A stretch of DNA of 64,000 nt from Phoronis australis. Lineage: Eukaryota; Animalia; Phoronida. A model generated the notes under the pieces. The model was not told the DNA's origin and ran no database searches. It saw nothing but the letters and a program-made list of their open reading frames with translations. Position numbers and translations under genes: made by a program. The stretch lies in NCBI GenBank assembly GCA_002633005.1, contig NMRA01000057.1, positions 240,836 to 304,835 of the forward strand, written 5' to 3'. Below, piece by piece: positions 51,972 to 63,462 of the stretch. The first letter of the stretch is position 1, and every line of letters begins with the position of its first letter.

Positions 51972-52785
51972 TGTGGTTTATCAATGCGTGTTGTGGCCGA
52001 TAAATGGCGCGCACTTGGTAATGAGTAAAACAACACACGAATACTTTAACAATAGAATACGTCTATTAATTTGCAGCGTTGTGATTTACAAATTAAAGAT
52101 TACAATAAGTTGTGAGACTGACGACTAACTGATTGAGACAAGATATCCCTACTAGAAAACTTCTAATCAACAGTGCCACTGGTTCCCGTAGCTACCGCAC
52201 ACGGTAACACAAAATAAGTCACAACAGAACTAACCCTCCAGAACAATCACTAGCCGGTTCAAATTGACTTAACAGGCTGAGACCAACGCCCGTGATCAAT
52301 GTCTATACCTCAGTGGTCCTTTTCCCCTTGACTCTTTGGTCACAGAAGTTGTTCGTCTGGTCCCGGCTTCGTCTCAGAAGTCTGAAGTTATCTTCCAGCT
52401 CTGGAGTCGTGCCTCGTAGTCTGAAGTTTTGATCTAAGGTGGATCCAGTCTGCCCTGGTCTTGAGAGCCAGTGCTTTAAATACTAAACTAAGTGGCATCA
52501 CGGATGGACCCACTCTGTATGTATATATATGTCCATCTCTCTATGACGAGCTGAATATAACGAACTAACTGACCACGCGATGGACTCACTGTGCATGTAC
52601 ATATATGGCCATCTCGCTATAACTCAAAATTCTAGCATAGCTGCCACTATTCCTGTATTATTGCATAACTGCCTCTATTCCTGGGTTTTCAACATCAGAG
52701 TACTGTTCCTGGATTTAACTACCTCAGAGCTAGCATATCCCCTGAAATTTATTGCACATGGAGGGCATAGCCTTGTTATGTTACA
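51972..52785 (-). repeat. 3' LTR
   Basis: Highly similar to 54626-55439; adjoining polypurine tract on minus strand. Confidence 0.95.
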
Positions 52786-53195
52786 CTCCCCCCTTTTGTT
52801 AAGCCAAAAATTTACCTTATAAATATTTGGGCAACTGTGCAATTCCCTGACAATACAAAGTTTCTGCAGGTGATCATTATACAATTGTACGAGATATAAA
52901 GTGTAAACAGTAATAAAACAAAAGAAGTCGTCAGTCTCCAAATAATCATCAAACAAGTTAACAAACCAAACCTCACAACCACTCTAAACTACTGCAATTA
53001 AACGAATACAATGAAATCACACACATATAGTATGTTTCTGTCACCAAACCTAACTTTATAACAACCCCTTATTACATAAACAAATATACTTTATATCTAT
53101 TAAAATTATAATTATGTTATAGTCCCCCTCAAACCAAATCTACCAAAATATTTCATATCATAACTGATTAACTAACGTGAAGGTGCCACCCCAAA

Positions 53196-53604
53196 CTAAA
53201 CTAACTGAAGGGGGTGGACCTTTGGCGTGCGGTAGAAGTCTGCCGCCAACAGACTTTCAGGGACGTCGGCCACCGCTACAGGCATGCGTCTCGGAGGGCG
53301 TCCCCCCAACTCCACCTCCAAGCAAAATATACCAACTACGTCGGCTGTACGGCCCTGGTTGGCGTATTTAACTTGGGCGTACTCTACTCCCATCGCGCGT
53401 GAGCCGCCCCACGCCTGACTTGCCCTGGATCCCCTCGAACGCACGGTTCCGTGAATACCAGACCCCAGCGAAGTCGTTTAATGACAGGACCGTCATATCT
53501 GCGGTCAGGTCCACACGGAACATGATCCATTCGCCGTCCACTGACGCATCCAGTCGTACCGCCGGCAAAGTTTTGTATACAACTTCCTGTTGCTGAGCTG
53601 CCAT
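53196..53604 (-). pseudogene. Accessory ORF with retropepsin-like pattern (one frameshift near 53370-53400)
   Basis: VDGEWIMFRVDLTADMTVLS ... VKYANQG..VVGIFCLEVELGG...VAVADVPESLLAADF. Confidence 0.55.
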
Positions 53605-53760
53605 TGTTGATCGTGCTCCTGTTATAGTTCCATATTTTATATATCTATATATATTGTATGATGACTCTGAATGTTAATAAGTACTACCTTTATCGTCAAC
53701 CACCCATGTATTGTAGTCTTTAGTGCAAGGGTTGGTAGTACTACTACTGATTGTCTGAAT

Positions 53761-54270
53761 TCACACGGAGGCCTCCTCATGGCCCACTGCAATATCTGGA
53801 TCCAAGACCGGATACATACGCCGAACGAACTGCTTCATTTCGATTGGTCTGCCATTCCACTGGGCCGGTATGGTCGGGCTGTCGTCAGCACTGGGTTTCT
53901 CCCCAGCCGGCGACGTCCGTTGGGCGTCGTTCCGTGCACTCATAAGTGCCAACTCAGGCGGTGCATTGGCAACCGGGCGCTTATCACTGGTTAACACAGG
54001 CTGATACTGTTTAAGCATGGCACGTGCAATTTGTCTACATCTCAAGAAAACAATCAACCCCAAAATCAAAAGCGATGCTGCTATTCCCAGAGCGACATAT
54101 AACCAAAATTCGTTATCGGGGGTCCATGGTTTCCGGATTTCTAGTTCACGTAAATCAGTGACTAAATTGTCCAGGGGAATTTCGGGTAAGTGAGCAAGGC
54201 GAGGCAGTATTTTCACCTCCACGTGTTTAGGAAAAGCTACTACATAGGGAGACCACATCGCAAAGGATTC
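53761..54270 (-). pseudogene. env (envelope glycoprotein) C-terminal remnant with transmembrane anchor
   Basis: SFAMWSPYV..LPEIPLDNLVTDL, TM FWLYVALGIAASLLILGLIVFL followed by RCR and cytoplasmic tail. Confidence 0.7.
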
Positions 54271-54499
54271 CTCCCGATCTTTGATATGCAATTAGGATTT
54301 GTTTCCTGGGATCCATGTTGGGAAAAATTACGGCCACCTTTTCTATCTCACTCACCCAGGCTCGCAACCCGGGGATATTTGACGCCAATGACGATTCGCT
54401 CATGGAATTCATAGCATCGGTAACATCTCTGGTGAAATTACCAGCAAGTCCCGTTAAAAATTCGGCTAAATCTACAGTAGCTTGTTGCTGATGTGCCAT
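54270..54499 (-). pseudogene. gag N-terminal remnant
   Basis: First ATG after PBS; LRAWVSEIEK..LIAYQRSGG gag-like helix motifs. Confidence 0.65.
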
Positions 54500-54595
54500 A
54501 CTGCTGAGTGATCAGATTATGCTAACTATAAAACTTCTTAGATATCTCGTCTCGTTCACGATAAAGTCAGTCTCAAAACGCAAACACGAGGTAGA

Positions 54596-54614
54596 ATCCG
54601 GGCGCAAGGCACCA
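54596..54614 (-). other. Primer binding site, tRNA-His-like (TGGTGCCTTGCGCCCGGAT)
   Basis: TGG-starting motif 11 nt from 5' LTR. Confidence 0.6.
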
Positions 54615-54625
54615 AAAAGGACCCG

Positions 54626-55439
54626 TGTGGTATATCAATGCGTGTTGTGGCCGATAAATGGCGCGCACGTGGTAATGAGTAAAACAACACACGAATACTT
54701 TAACAATAGAATACGTCTATTAATTTGCAGCGTTGTGATTTACAAATTATAGATTACAATAAGTTGTGAGACTGACGACTAACTGATTGAGACAAGATAT
54801 CCCTACTAGAAAACTTCTAATCAACAGTGCCACTGGTTCCCGTAGCTACCGCACACGCTAACACAAAATAAGTCACAACAGAACTAACCCTCCAGAACAA
54901 TCACTAGCCGGTTCAAATTGACTTAACAGGCCGAGACCAACGCCCGTGATCAATGTCTATACCTCAGTGGTCCTTTTCCCCTTGACTTTTTGGTCACAGA
55001 AGTTGTTCGTCTGGCCCCGGCTTCGTCTCAGAAGTCTGAAGTTATCTTCCAGCTCTGGAGTCGTGCCTCGTAGTCTGAAGTTTTGATCTAAGGTGGATCC
55101 AGTCTGCCCTGGTCTCGAGGGCCAGTGCTTTAAATACTAAACTAAGTGGCATCACGGATGGACCCACTGTGTATGTATATATATGTCCATCTCTATATGA
55201 CGAGCTGAATATAACGAACTAACTGACCACGCGATGGACTCACTCTGCATGTACATATATGTCCATCTCCCCATAACTCAAAATTCTAGCATAGCTGCTA
55301 CTATTCCTGTATTATTGCATAACTGCCTCTATTCCTGGGTTTTCAACATCAGAGTACTATTCCTGGATTTAACTACCTCAGAGATAGCATATCCCCTGAA
55401 ATTTATTGCACCTTGAGGGCATAGCCTTGTTATATTACA
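54626..55439 (-). repeat. 5' LTR
   Basis: Highly similar to 51972-52785. Confidence 0.95.
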
Positions 55440-56056
55440 CTAGATGGTCATTGTCATCTGAACACCCTTTGGATAACAAGGCAGATTTTGGATGCGAATT
55501 CCGCAGTGCAAATGGACATTTGATTTCAACAAGCTTAAGTCCATGACACACGATGCCACACCGTAATAGTCTCTTTGGACAACTTCAACGCAAAGAAGTC
55601 TTCTTTCGTTGACTCTGACGCCAGTCGATGGATAGAGAACTTGGACAGGTCTGGCTATTTCCCCTTCTCAGGCATTTTTTTATCACATTCAACCATGTTG
55701 TGGAATGCTGCATCACACTGTGCCTCCTGAAACAATAATAATACAATTGACATATTAAATAAGCTCATAGGTGGTGATGACAACTGTAATGCCTACTACA
55801 ACCGAAAGGTATGCAGTTCAAATACCACAAATCAAAAGCTCACTGACTATGATGACTGTGCCACCTACATGTGCTCATTCTAAGAATATTTTAAAATACA
55901 AAGATGGTCGAAGCAATGAATGCCCGAAACATTGTGCCAATCTAAATGAGGAAATGGTTACTTACAGGGGGTGAGAAGCAGGTTTCGGCTAAGAATAAAA
56001 TGCATCAAACTGTTCCTCAAAATAGGGTACTCCTGTATGCGAGTATTGAACATCTC

Positions 56057-57376
56057 TCATAACCTAGAAAATCTTTCACAAAACAACAAATAGTCTCGCA
56101 GTGTTTCCATTCGCTCTTCACTATCTGGAGGCAATGATTTCCACTGAGCCATGAGTTTGCCCAAATTTTTGCATTTACCCACTTTACACGTTCGAATTGC
56201 ATAATATGTGTCAACATTTACCTTCTTGCACCCAAATTTAGCTTCACGTTTATTTAAAGACAGTTTCTTTGTGGATACAACTTTTCTGGACTTTCTGAAA
56301 TGTCTTTTGTGAAGCTTTACAGATTTGGTGACCCGGTACTGTAAGCTTGGAAATTTCAAAATGTTCTCTGTCATATCAGACAAGCCAGTAGAAAGAGTAT
56401 CTCTTATGTACTCATATTTGACCACATCATAACTTCGCATGAATGCCTGTTTCACATTTTGAGTAATTTTTGGACTTCTTATCAAACAGCACCTCTTATC
56501 TTTTTGTGGAACGGCCCTTAATTCCTCCAGGCACAGTGCGTGTAACACTTCCACCATTTGCTTCTATCAATTGTTGAAGTGGATCCTGATTGTATTTGGT
56601 ACCACCTAATTTAGGTAAAGTTCCACTCAGGAAAAACATTCCAGCAAAACACTTTTGCTGACGGTGATTCTGTACCGGTGAACCAGCAGCTTCGAGTTGG
56701 GCTTTTTCATTTGCTTTGAGCTCGCACTCATTTGACGATGATGGGCAAAATCCTAACTGAGCTTACATCTCAACAGCCAGCCACGAACATATTTCTGGAT
56801 TAGAGATACGGAGGTGTGTTCTCGGATGTAAGCTAAAAAGCAGCATGGAATGTTCTTGCACTTTCCTGCCCGGACAACCTGAGGAGGACCGCCACCACTT
56901 AAAGCATTTCTGCGTGGAGGAGTGGGAACAGAATGTCCATTCACCTGGTCTGAATTTTTCTCAAGAGAGTGAGATGCAATTTTTCCACTCATAACATCGT
57001 TTTGCAGACGGGGCCACATGTTCAGCATGACTGCCTTCAAAGGGTTTACATTGTTCAAACCACCGTGTCTAGTGGTATGGTTAAAATAATAATTACTATG
57101 CTGGTAGTTAAAATGTTCTGACCCTTCGGTGGAGAATCTGCAGACAGGTACCTGGAGCTGCTTCATAAAATAAGGGACGTAATCAACGAATTTCATCATA
57201 TATGGAGTTAAACTGTTGGGCTGGTATCTAGAGCAGAACAATTGGTAAAATCGCTCTGCGTGGAACTTGTACTTAGTTATTATTTCCTCACTGTAGCAGC
57301 TGTTACTGCCTAGAGTTTCTGGTTCATTACGAAGTATTGTCCACATGACGAGAAAGCTTTGCCAAATAAGGCGCAC
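56057..57376 (-). pseudogene. RAG1/Transib-like transposase C-terminus followed by IQ motif and BRCT-like domain (frameshifted)
   Basis: AERFYQLF..LTPYMMKFVDYVP.F...RFSTEGSEHFN; IQKYVRGWLLR; FAGMFFLSG...LQQLIEANGGSV...VKQA...VVKYEYIRD. Confidence 0.65.
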
Positions 57377-57389
57377 AACATCGGCCTCT

Positions 57390-57740
57390 CAATATTCAGT
57401 CACGATTCAGTCACCTTTCAGTCACATTTACAGCGTCTTTTCAGTCATGACTGAAAAATGACTGAACACTCCACTCATACTTCAGTCATGCCTGAACTAT
57501 GATCTGCACAACATATGAGAGGAATCAGTCACTTTTCAGTCAATTCATTTGCATAATTGGGACGTGACTGATTGATTCAGTCATGACTGGATTGTGACTG
57601 AATAATCAGTCACATTTCAGTCAGCTCATTTAAATAATGGAGACATTGACTGGATATTGACTGAATAATCAGTCATATTTCAGTCAACTCATTCAGTAAT
57701 CTGGACATTGACTGAATAAATAGTCACATTTCAGTGACAT
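57390..57740. repeat. TTCAGTCA/TGACTGAA-rich degenerate repeat array
   Basis: Many direct and inverted copies of the CAGTCA motif. Confidence 0.8.
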
Positions 57741-58604
57741 TGTGTGCTATTCTGAAGAATGCACAAACAGGTGTAGGTTGCATTATTTGAAAATTAGAGA
57801 AAACGTATATGGATGCAAACCAAACTGCAAATTTCTGCATTTGCACTGTACAACAGAAGTGTGAACAGTTTACCTCTAACCACTTTAGTAGACAAAATAG
57901 AACATGCAGATTTTCAAACACAAAATGCTGTACAAACTATATATAAACACATGGATGGAACCTTAACTCAAAACACGAGAAGATTACGCCTTTGAATGAA
58001 ATTCATGTTCCTGGCTGTAACAACCAAAAATTAGTTACAAATAACAATAAAATTAACACCAAACAGATGGTCTCACAACTAAACTATAAATATGAGCATG
58101 GTTGTCTATGGTGTGGTGTATGGACATGACAACTGATTACGAACATAAAATGCCAGAAAACAACACTAACATAACCCTGTTGTTTCTGTTAAGGATTTTT
58201 GTTTTTCACTCATGCAGCAGCTTTCGAAGCTGTTTTCTCTGTATCTGCAAAAAAGCATGTGACAAACTCCACAGGAAGTTAACTCATTTGCTACATTCTT
58301 GTATATCGTTTTTTTTATAAATCATTTGAGACCATAGTGTTGTCAAATTGCCCCTATTATCCCATGGGGTATTCACATGATCGACACAAAATATCCAACA
58401 TCCAGAAATGTCCATGAAAAAAAATTCCGTCTGTCTTAACTCGACTAACTTGCACAACAGAATTAGATTCTTGGTCAAATGAAAGGTGCTTTTTTTCCAT
58501 TGCTCTAGAGAGCGTCTATCTGAAATTTTAGGTATTAAGTTGTTCTAACATTTGAAATTTGGTGGATATCTCAATTTGCGGTGGAACTCTTAATATTTCA
58601 CAAG

Positions 58605-59260
58605 TCAACATCCAAGAATCTTCTTTTTCTGATAGCACTTTTTCGATGAAATGGCCCGAGTTATACTTGCGTTCACTGCGCCTCGGGTGGACGAATCCAG
58701 TTTATTTGCCATTATCCAGTCTGAAAACAGGAAGTCTTCACATGTACAATAGGTTAACAACAACTATAGCATTGCTTATGCTCAGTGCTCCATTAATAAT
58801 TATGCATACAAAACGTTCCTCAACACGAGACAATAAAGTGTAACAAATTACAGACTATAAGCACAATGCAAAGTTTCATGGTTATGTTCTATCACATGAA
58901 AGTTAAAGCATCGTGATATTAATAAGGTAATGTTCAGGTTATTTAACAGTCACCAAGATGTCCTTTGGAAGGGCATGTCAAGGTTTTAAAAAATGTTGCA
59001 CTTCTTTGACAGACCAGTGGTAAATTGAAAATCAACTATGCTTAATAGTAAAGGTAAGAATAGTTCAAGCAGCAATCGTAACAACTATACTCACTAACTG
59101 CTATCTGCAGGAGGTTCCTGTCAATGTTTTCCCTTGATGACGCGTTTCGGAAGAGTATTGACAACATCTTCCGTCTCATTGACGGCCCACTATGGCTGAC
59201 GTTTTTCAGACAGGCCACCTGATCCTGGTGCAAATATGCACCCTGGCCGATTGGAGTCAT
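58605..59260 (-). pseudogene. Two spliced exons (59095-59260, 58605-58720) encoding a BEN-domain-like peptide
   Basis: AG/GT sites in phase; IGQGAYL..MRRKMLSILF..IDRNLLQIAVNWI..ITRAISSKKC. Confidence 0.5.
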
Positions 59261-61195
59261 CTGAAATAATTGTTGTTTATGTTACGTATACAAGTTTGTA
59301 TATTAATTTAAGAACACCAAATCGTTTGCAGTTTAATTGCCCTTAATTCAACAGGTGTTGAGGATGGATTTTCCAACCTGTGGATGTCCTTTTAGGAAGC
59401 AGATATGACTGAAAAGAAAGCTCAGATTTTTTCTTCGCCTCACGTACTCTTCAGAAGGAATAATTCCTGGGAACAACCGCCGCAGTTCTCGCAGAAGACT
59501 TTTTCCCTTAAAATTTTCAGATAAATTATGTAGTTGGTCTGCCGAAATATTGACCACTGAAGAATAAGTTGCTTTAACACACTTGTCAATAATATCTCTA
59601 TTGAGTCCGTAGAACATTCAGTGAACAAAGTATGAAGAGACTGCAGTAAATGGAATATGATGTGCTATTACTTTGAAAAACAAATTAAATCATTGTTATA
59701 TTCACTTCTTACAAATCTTAGCAGCTTAGCTTCCCGATTGCAAACAACAGGGGACTGTGTGCCCACGGCACTGTCTAATGACAACAACAAGATGTCGTAC
59801 AGTTTTTTTACATACAGCCTTATTACCATAATTGATGACTTGTAAAACTGTTAGTAAACCAACAACCCAAATGTGAGAGCGTTCTTTTCTGGCCACATTT
59901 CCTTTAGTGCCAAATAAATAGCACGACTGCAGATCAAATTTATGTTGGAGAAGGATTCGGTCAAACCGACTGAAGCCACGGTTTTTAACAACACATTTTA
60001 TTTAACACTACAACGTTTAACAAATAGCAGAATGCTTGTTTTTTAGTTTTCTTCTACGATCATCATCTCAGTAATTAATCCTCTCTTTATAGTAGCAAAG
60101 CTGATGTAGGGATATTTTGGCGTCTCCTATGGCTGTTGACATTCGCTGTCAATCTTGTATAATGTGTGTTCCGTAGTTATTACGGTGCTGCAAACGTTCA
60201 TGGCGTGTTGGTTTTCAATGAAAATACCACATTACAATGAACTTACTTTTCATTATTTGCATTATTATCCAGTGGCACGAACCATTGTACCCCTGTCTAT
60301 TTTTGAGATGGCACCATCACTACTTCCACTTGTCCATCTCAACTTTGGACCTGGTCGGTGGTTTCACTGCCAAAGTCTTTGCCCTAGCTTTCTTGAAGTC
60401 ACGCTAACAACTAAAACATTAAACGTGGTCTAGCCCTGTCAGGTAGTGCCCTAGATACGCTTCAACCCAGCTGTTGAATCACCATTTCTTTCTGCTCTTC
60501 AGTCAATTGTTTGAGGGTTCTATCCCATTTTGATGTACTTCATTTTTTGTAACATGTTGTGAATTGTCACACACTGCAACAGGTTCCTCCAGTATTGTGC
60601 TCACACTCTATCGTCTCTATCAGCTTTGTATCAGGTAGTACGTATGCAGATCCACAACTCTCTTTTCACTAAGCCTGCATTGTTTCTTTGCTTTCTATGG
60701 CATTTTTCTGCGTCGATCTTATGGCATTGACTCACTTTTGTGGTGTATTGTTAATTATGGATACATACAGAACTGCACATGCCTGGCGGGAGATTCAGTT
60801 TGAGTGCACAACTTAGTGACCTTTCGCTTTGTTTTGTTGCTTTAAAACAAGTAGATCGCTAATCATGATAACAAAACTTACAATAGGTAGCATTCTATGT
60901 CAACACCTAAGACATAAGTTTCTGCACAACCTGCCCCAAAAGTTCAGCAATATCTGTTTGCTATCAAATCAGGGATGTTCTTGTGTCCATTGATTTGTAA
61001 ACTATGTTCAGAACAATGTCCAAACTTCTTTTACATATATTCACAAAGAATATCCTCTTTCAAAGCGCTTCTTGATCGAAAGCCTCACTCTAAGAATCAT
61101 CACTAGAACCATTGTCACATTCAGCATCACTGTCTTAAAGTTAGGCAATAGCAACTAAAAATTAGCCTTACAATGTTTTCTAATAAGTCATTTCA

Positions 61196-61366
61196 TTCTT
61201 TTAACAGATCTGTTGCACGTTCGACATCATAGCATGTTTTGGGATGTACCAAGTTGACTTTCTTCTTGGCTTCAGTTAGATGAGAATTATTTTGAAATGG
61301 GACTAACATATACTACCTGCTTTGATATGCAGAGTCTCCTAGCAGATGGTAATTTCGTGAATCCCC
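61196..61366 (-). pseudogene. HARBI1/Harbinger transposase C-terminal fragment
   Basis: YHLLGDSAY..*YMLVPFQNNSHLTEAKKKVNLVH..VERATDLLK. Confidence 0.8.
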
Positions 61367-61469
61367 GATGTGGCATCCAGGACATCATTTTCCGGGCTAG
61401 GCGGCAGTGCTCTCAATGAAGATGTCACCATGGCTGTCTCACATAAGTTCTTCAAAATAATCCTGTACA

Positions 61470-61680
61470 CCAACAAATCTTTTTTATAGATTGAAAAGAC
61501 AAGTTTTCCACAGAGAATTAAAATCTTCTACAGAACTACCATAGCGTGTTTTCACGTTCATTTTTACACCGTCAAGCTTGGACAGATCCAACTTGTTTGT
61601 TCTCCTGTACCCTGTTGCTGCGTCAACTTGAGATTCATCTTGAATGAATGTCCTGTCTATGAGGATGCCAGTCATTTGTC
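61470..61680 (-). pseudogene. BEN-domain-like fragment
   Basis: ESQVDAATG..KLDLSKLDGVK...FNSLWKTC. Confidence 0.4.
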
Positions 61681-63462
61681 ATGCAGCAAAGTTCACTGGT
61701 TGCCTGCTTGTTGATGATTTTGCTGAAAAGAATCCACATAACAATAACAGTCAGTGATGAGTCCCCACGTCTGTCATTTATTGCTTAGTTTTAAAAAAGT
61801 GGCGAATGTAACTAATATTTTTTAATTTATAGTAATGTGTTGCAGTCCCGTATGATGACACTGGTTGAAAGCTGCTCTTTTGCGTCACTGGAGCTGATGT
61901 TTCTTCGATTTCTTTCTTTAAAATGTGCAAGGTGATGTCCACTTTTTGTTTAAGCCTCGACAGCTGTGTCCTGAGCTCTACTGCTCAAGACAGCAGTTTC
62001 GTAGTCGTCAAGTGACGTTATACTATACGTGGCAGGATTTGAAAATGACAGAGCTGATGTACCCGTGAGTCCCTTACTCGTGTTATCATCTGGCTAAATG
62101 AACATGTGCCTTTCTTGGGTGACATTGGTGGAAACAGCATTAAATTCATCTACCATGTCTTGATCGAAAATCATTTTGAAGGTGCTGTTCGTGATTTCTT
62201 ACTACTACCAGCGGTATACGTAATATTTAATTTATAAAGGTATAGATAGAATAAAGGCGTTAGGTAAGTCGTGTTGGGAATTCTTAAAAAGAATACAAAA
62301 GATTACATGTCGTTTAGACTGTGGCTTTCTGCACATGATCATGCAATTGGGATTAATTGCTCAGATATGTGACAAAGATATACTGTAGATTTGAGTCATA
62401 AATCACATAGAACACACAAGCATAATTGTATGAAATGAAATTATTGGCATTTTGTCATCAGTTTAGAGAAGGAAATATAATATTAACTTCTAAAATTGCA
62501 CGTTTGCGAACAAAGAAATTATGAACATAGTTAACATAATAGGTCAGTCAAAGTTATTTCACCGCCTTTCCATTTTCCTTTGAAAGGTTTATGTCAAGGC
62601 AGAAGTCGTCAGTAGAAGACAACTAGGCAACTCCCTAAGTCTATCATGGTTCAGTACCATAATGCAGTTACTTCCAAGGAGATGTTGCCTTTTTGCATAC
62701 TTCTTTAATAGAGGCAGAATCTAAAACTAATACTGATTGAATAGCGTATTTAGTGTCAAGCAGTACATCTACCTGTAATTCAGTCAGTTATATTGATGTA
62801 CTCCTAGCTTATGGGGTACAAGGAAAAATTCGGTTCGGCTGTGTATGAGGTGGTTCGTAGGAACAACAAGAGATGAGTTTTGACTAGTATGTTGAAGACT
62901 GCAAAATGTTACATGAGGAGACACAACTCCCAATGCGGAAAAAACAACTACTAATCAACTCATTAAAGTACTACATGAAATACAAGTGAAATATATAGAG
63001 AGGTTAGAGAAACACTGATTAACTAGTCAAATAAGACGAACAAATAAAGATGCACTATGCTGACAAACAAACAGTTCTAGGAATAGGAAGTATTACTAAT
63101 CCTCCACTCTAAAAATGTGGAAGTAAACAACAGAAAGTTGAGTAATACGGTGACTAAACTAAATGGTGCAAAAACATAACACATTGTGCGACATAGCTAA
63201 ACAAAAATTGATCCATGTATCAGGTTTTCTCATTCCCCTAAATTTATGTACCTTTTGACAATGAAGTCCTAAACACCTTTTGGTCAGTATTTATACACAT
63301 TTACAAAGGTATTGTGATTTACAGCACTATATTTAGTTATCACAATCCTCAATATGACCTTCAGTAAAGAAAAAACAGACATGCAGTCTAGTCAACACTT
63401 GGGAATACCCAGCAAAACTATTAAAATGCCACAGAAAGTCAAGCCAACTCACAGGAAAACCC

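Larger units (their letters stand above)
51972..55439 (-). mobile_element. Internally deleted env-bearing LTR retroelement (errantivirus-like Gypsy)
   Basis: 814-bp LTRs 51972-52785 and 54626-55439 (TG..CA), TSD CCAG/CTAG, PPT at 52786-52800, PBS ~54596-54614, gag start joined to env tail. Confidence 0.92.
51782..55549 (-). pseudogene. Second YqaJ fragment copy, split by LTR element (51782-51971 and 55444-55549)
   Basis: Matches 49446-49739 once the LTR element is removed. Confidence 0.85.

Noticed and set aside
52580-52956. ORFs 52580-52822, 52675-52956, 54519-54752, 55234-55416
   Set aside because: Mostly within LTR sequence; no protein motifs
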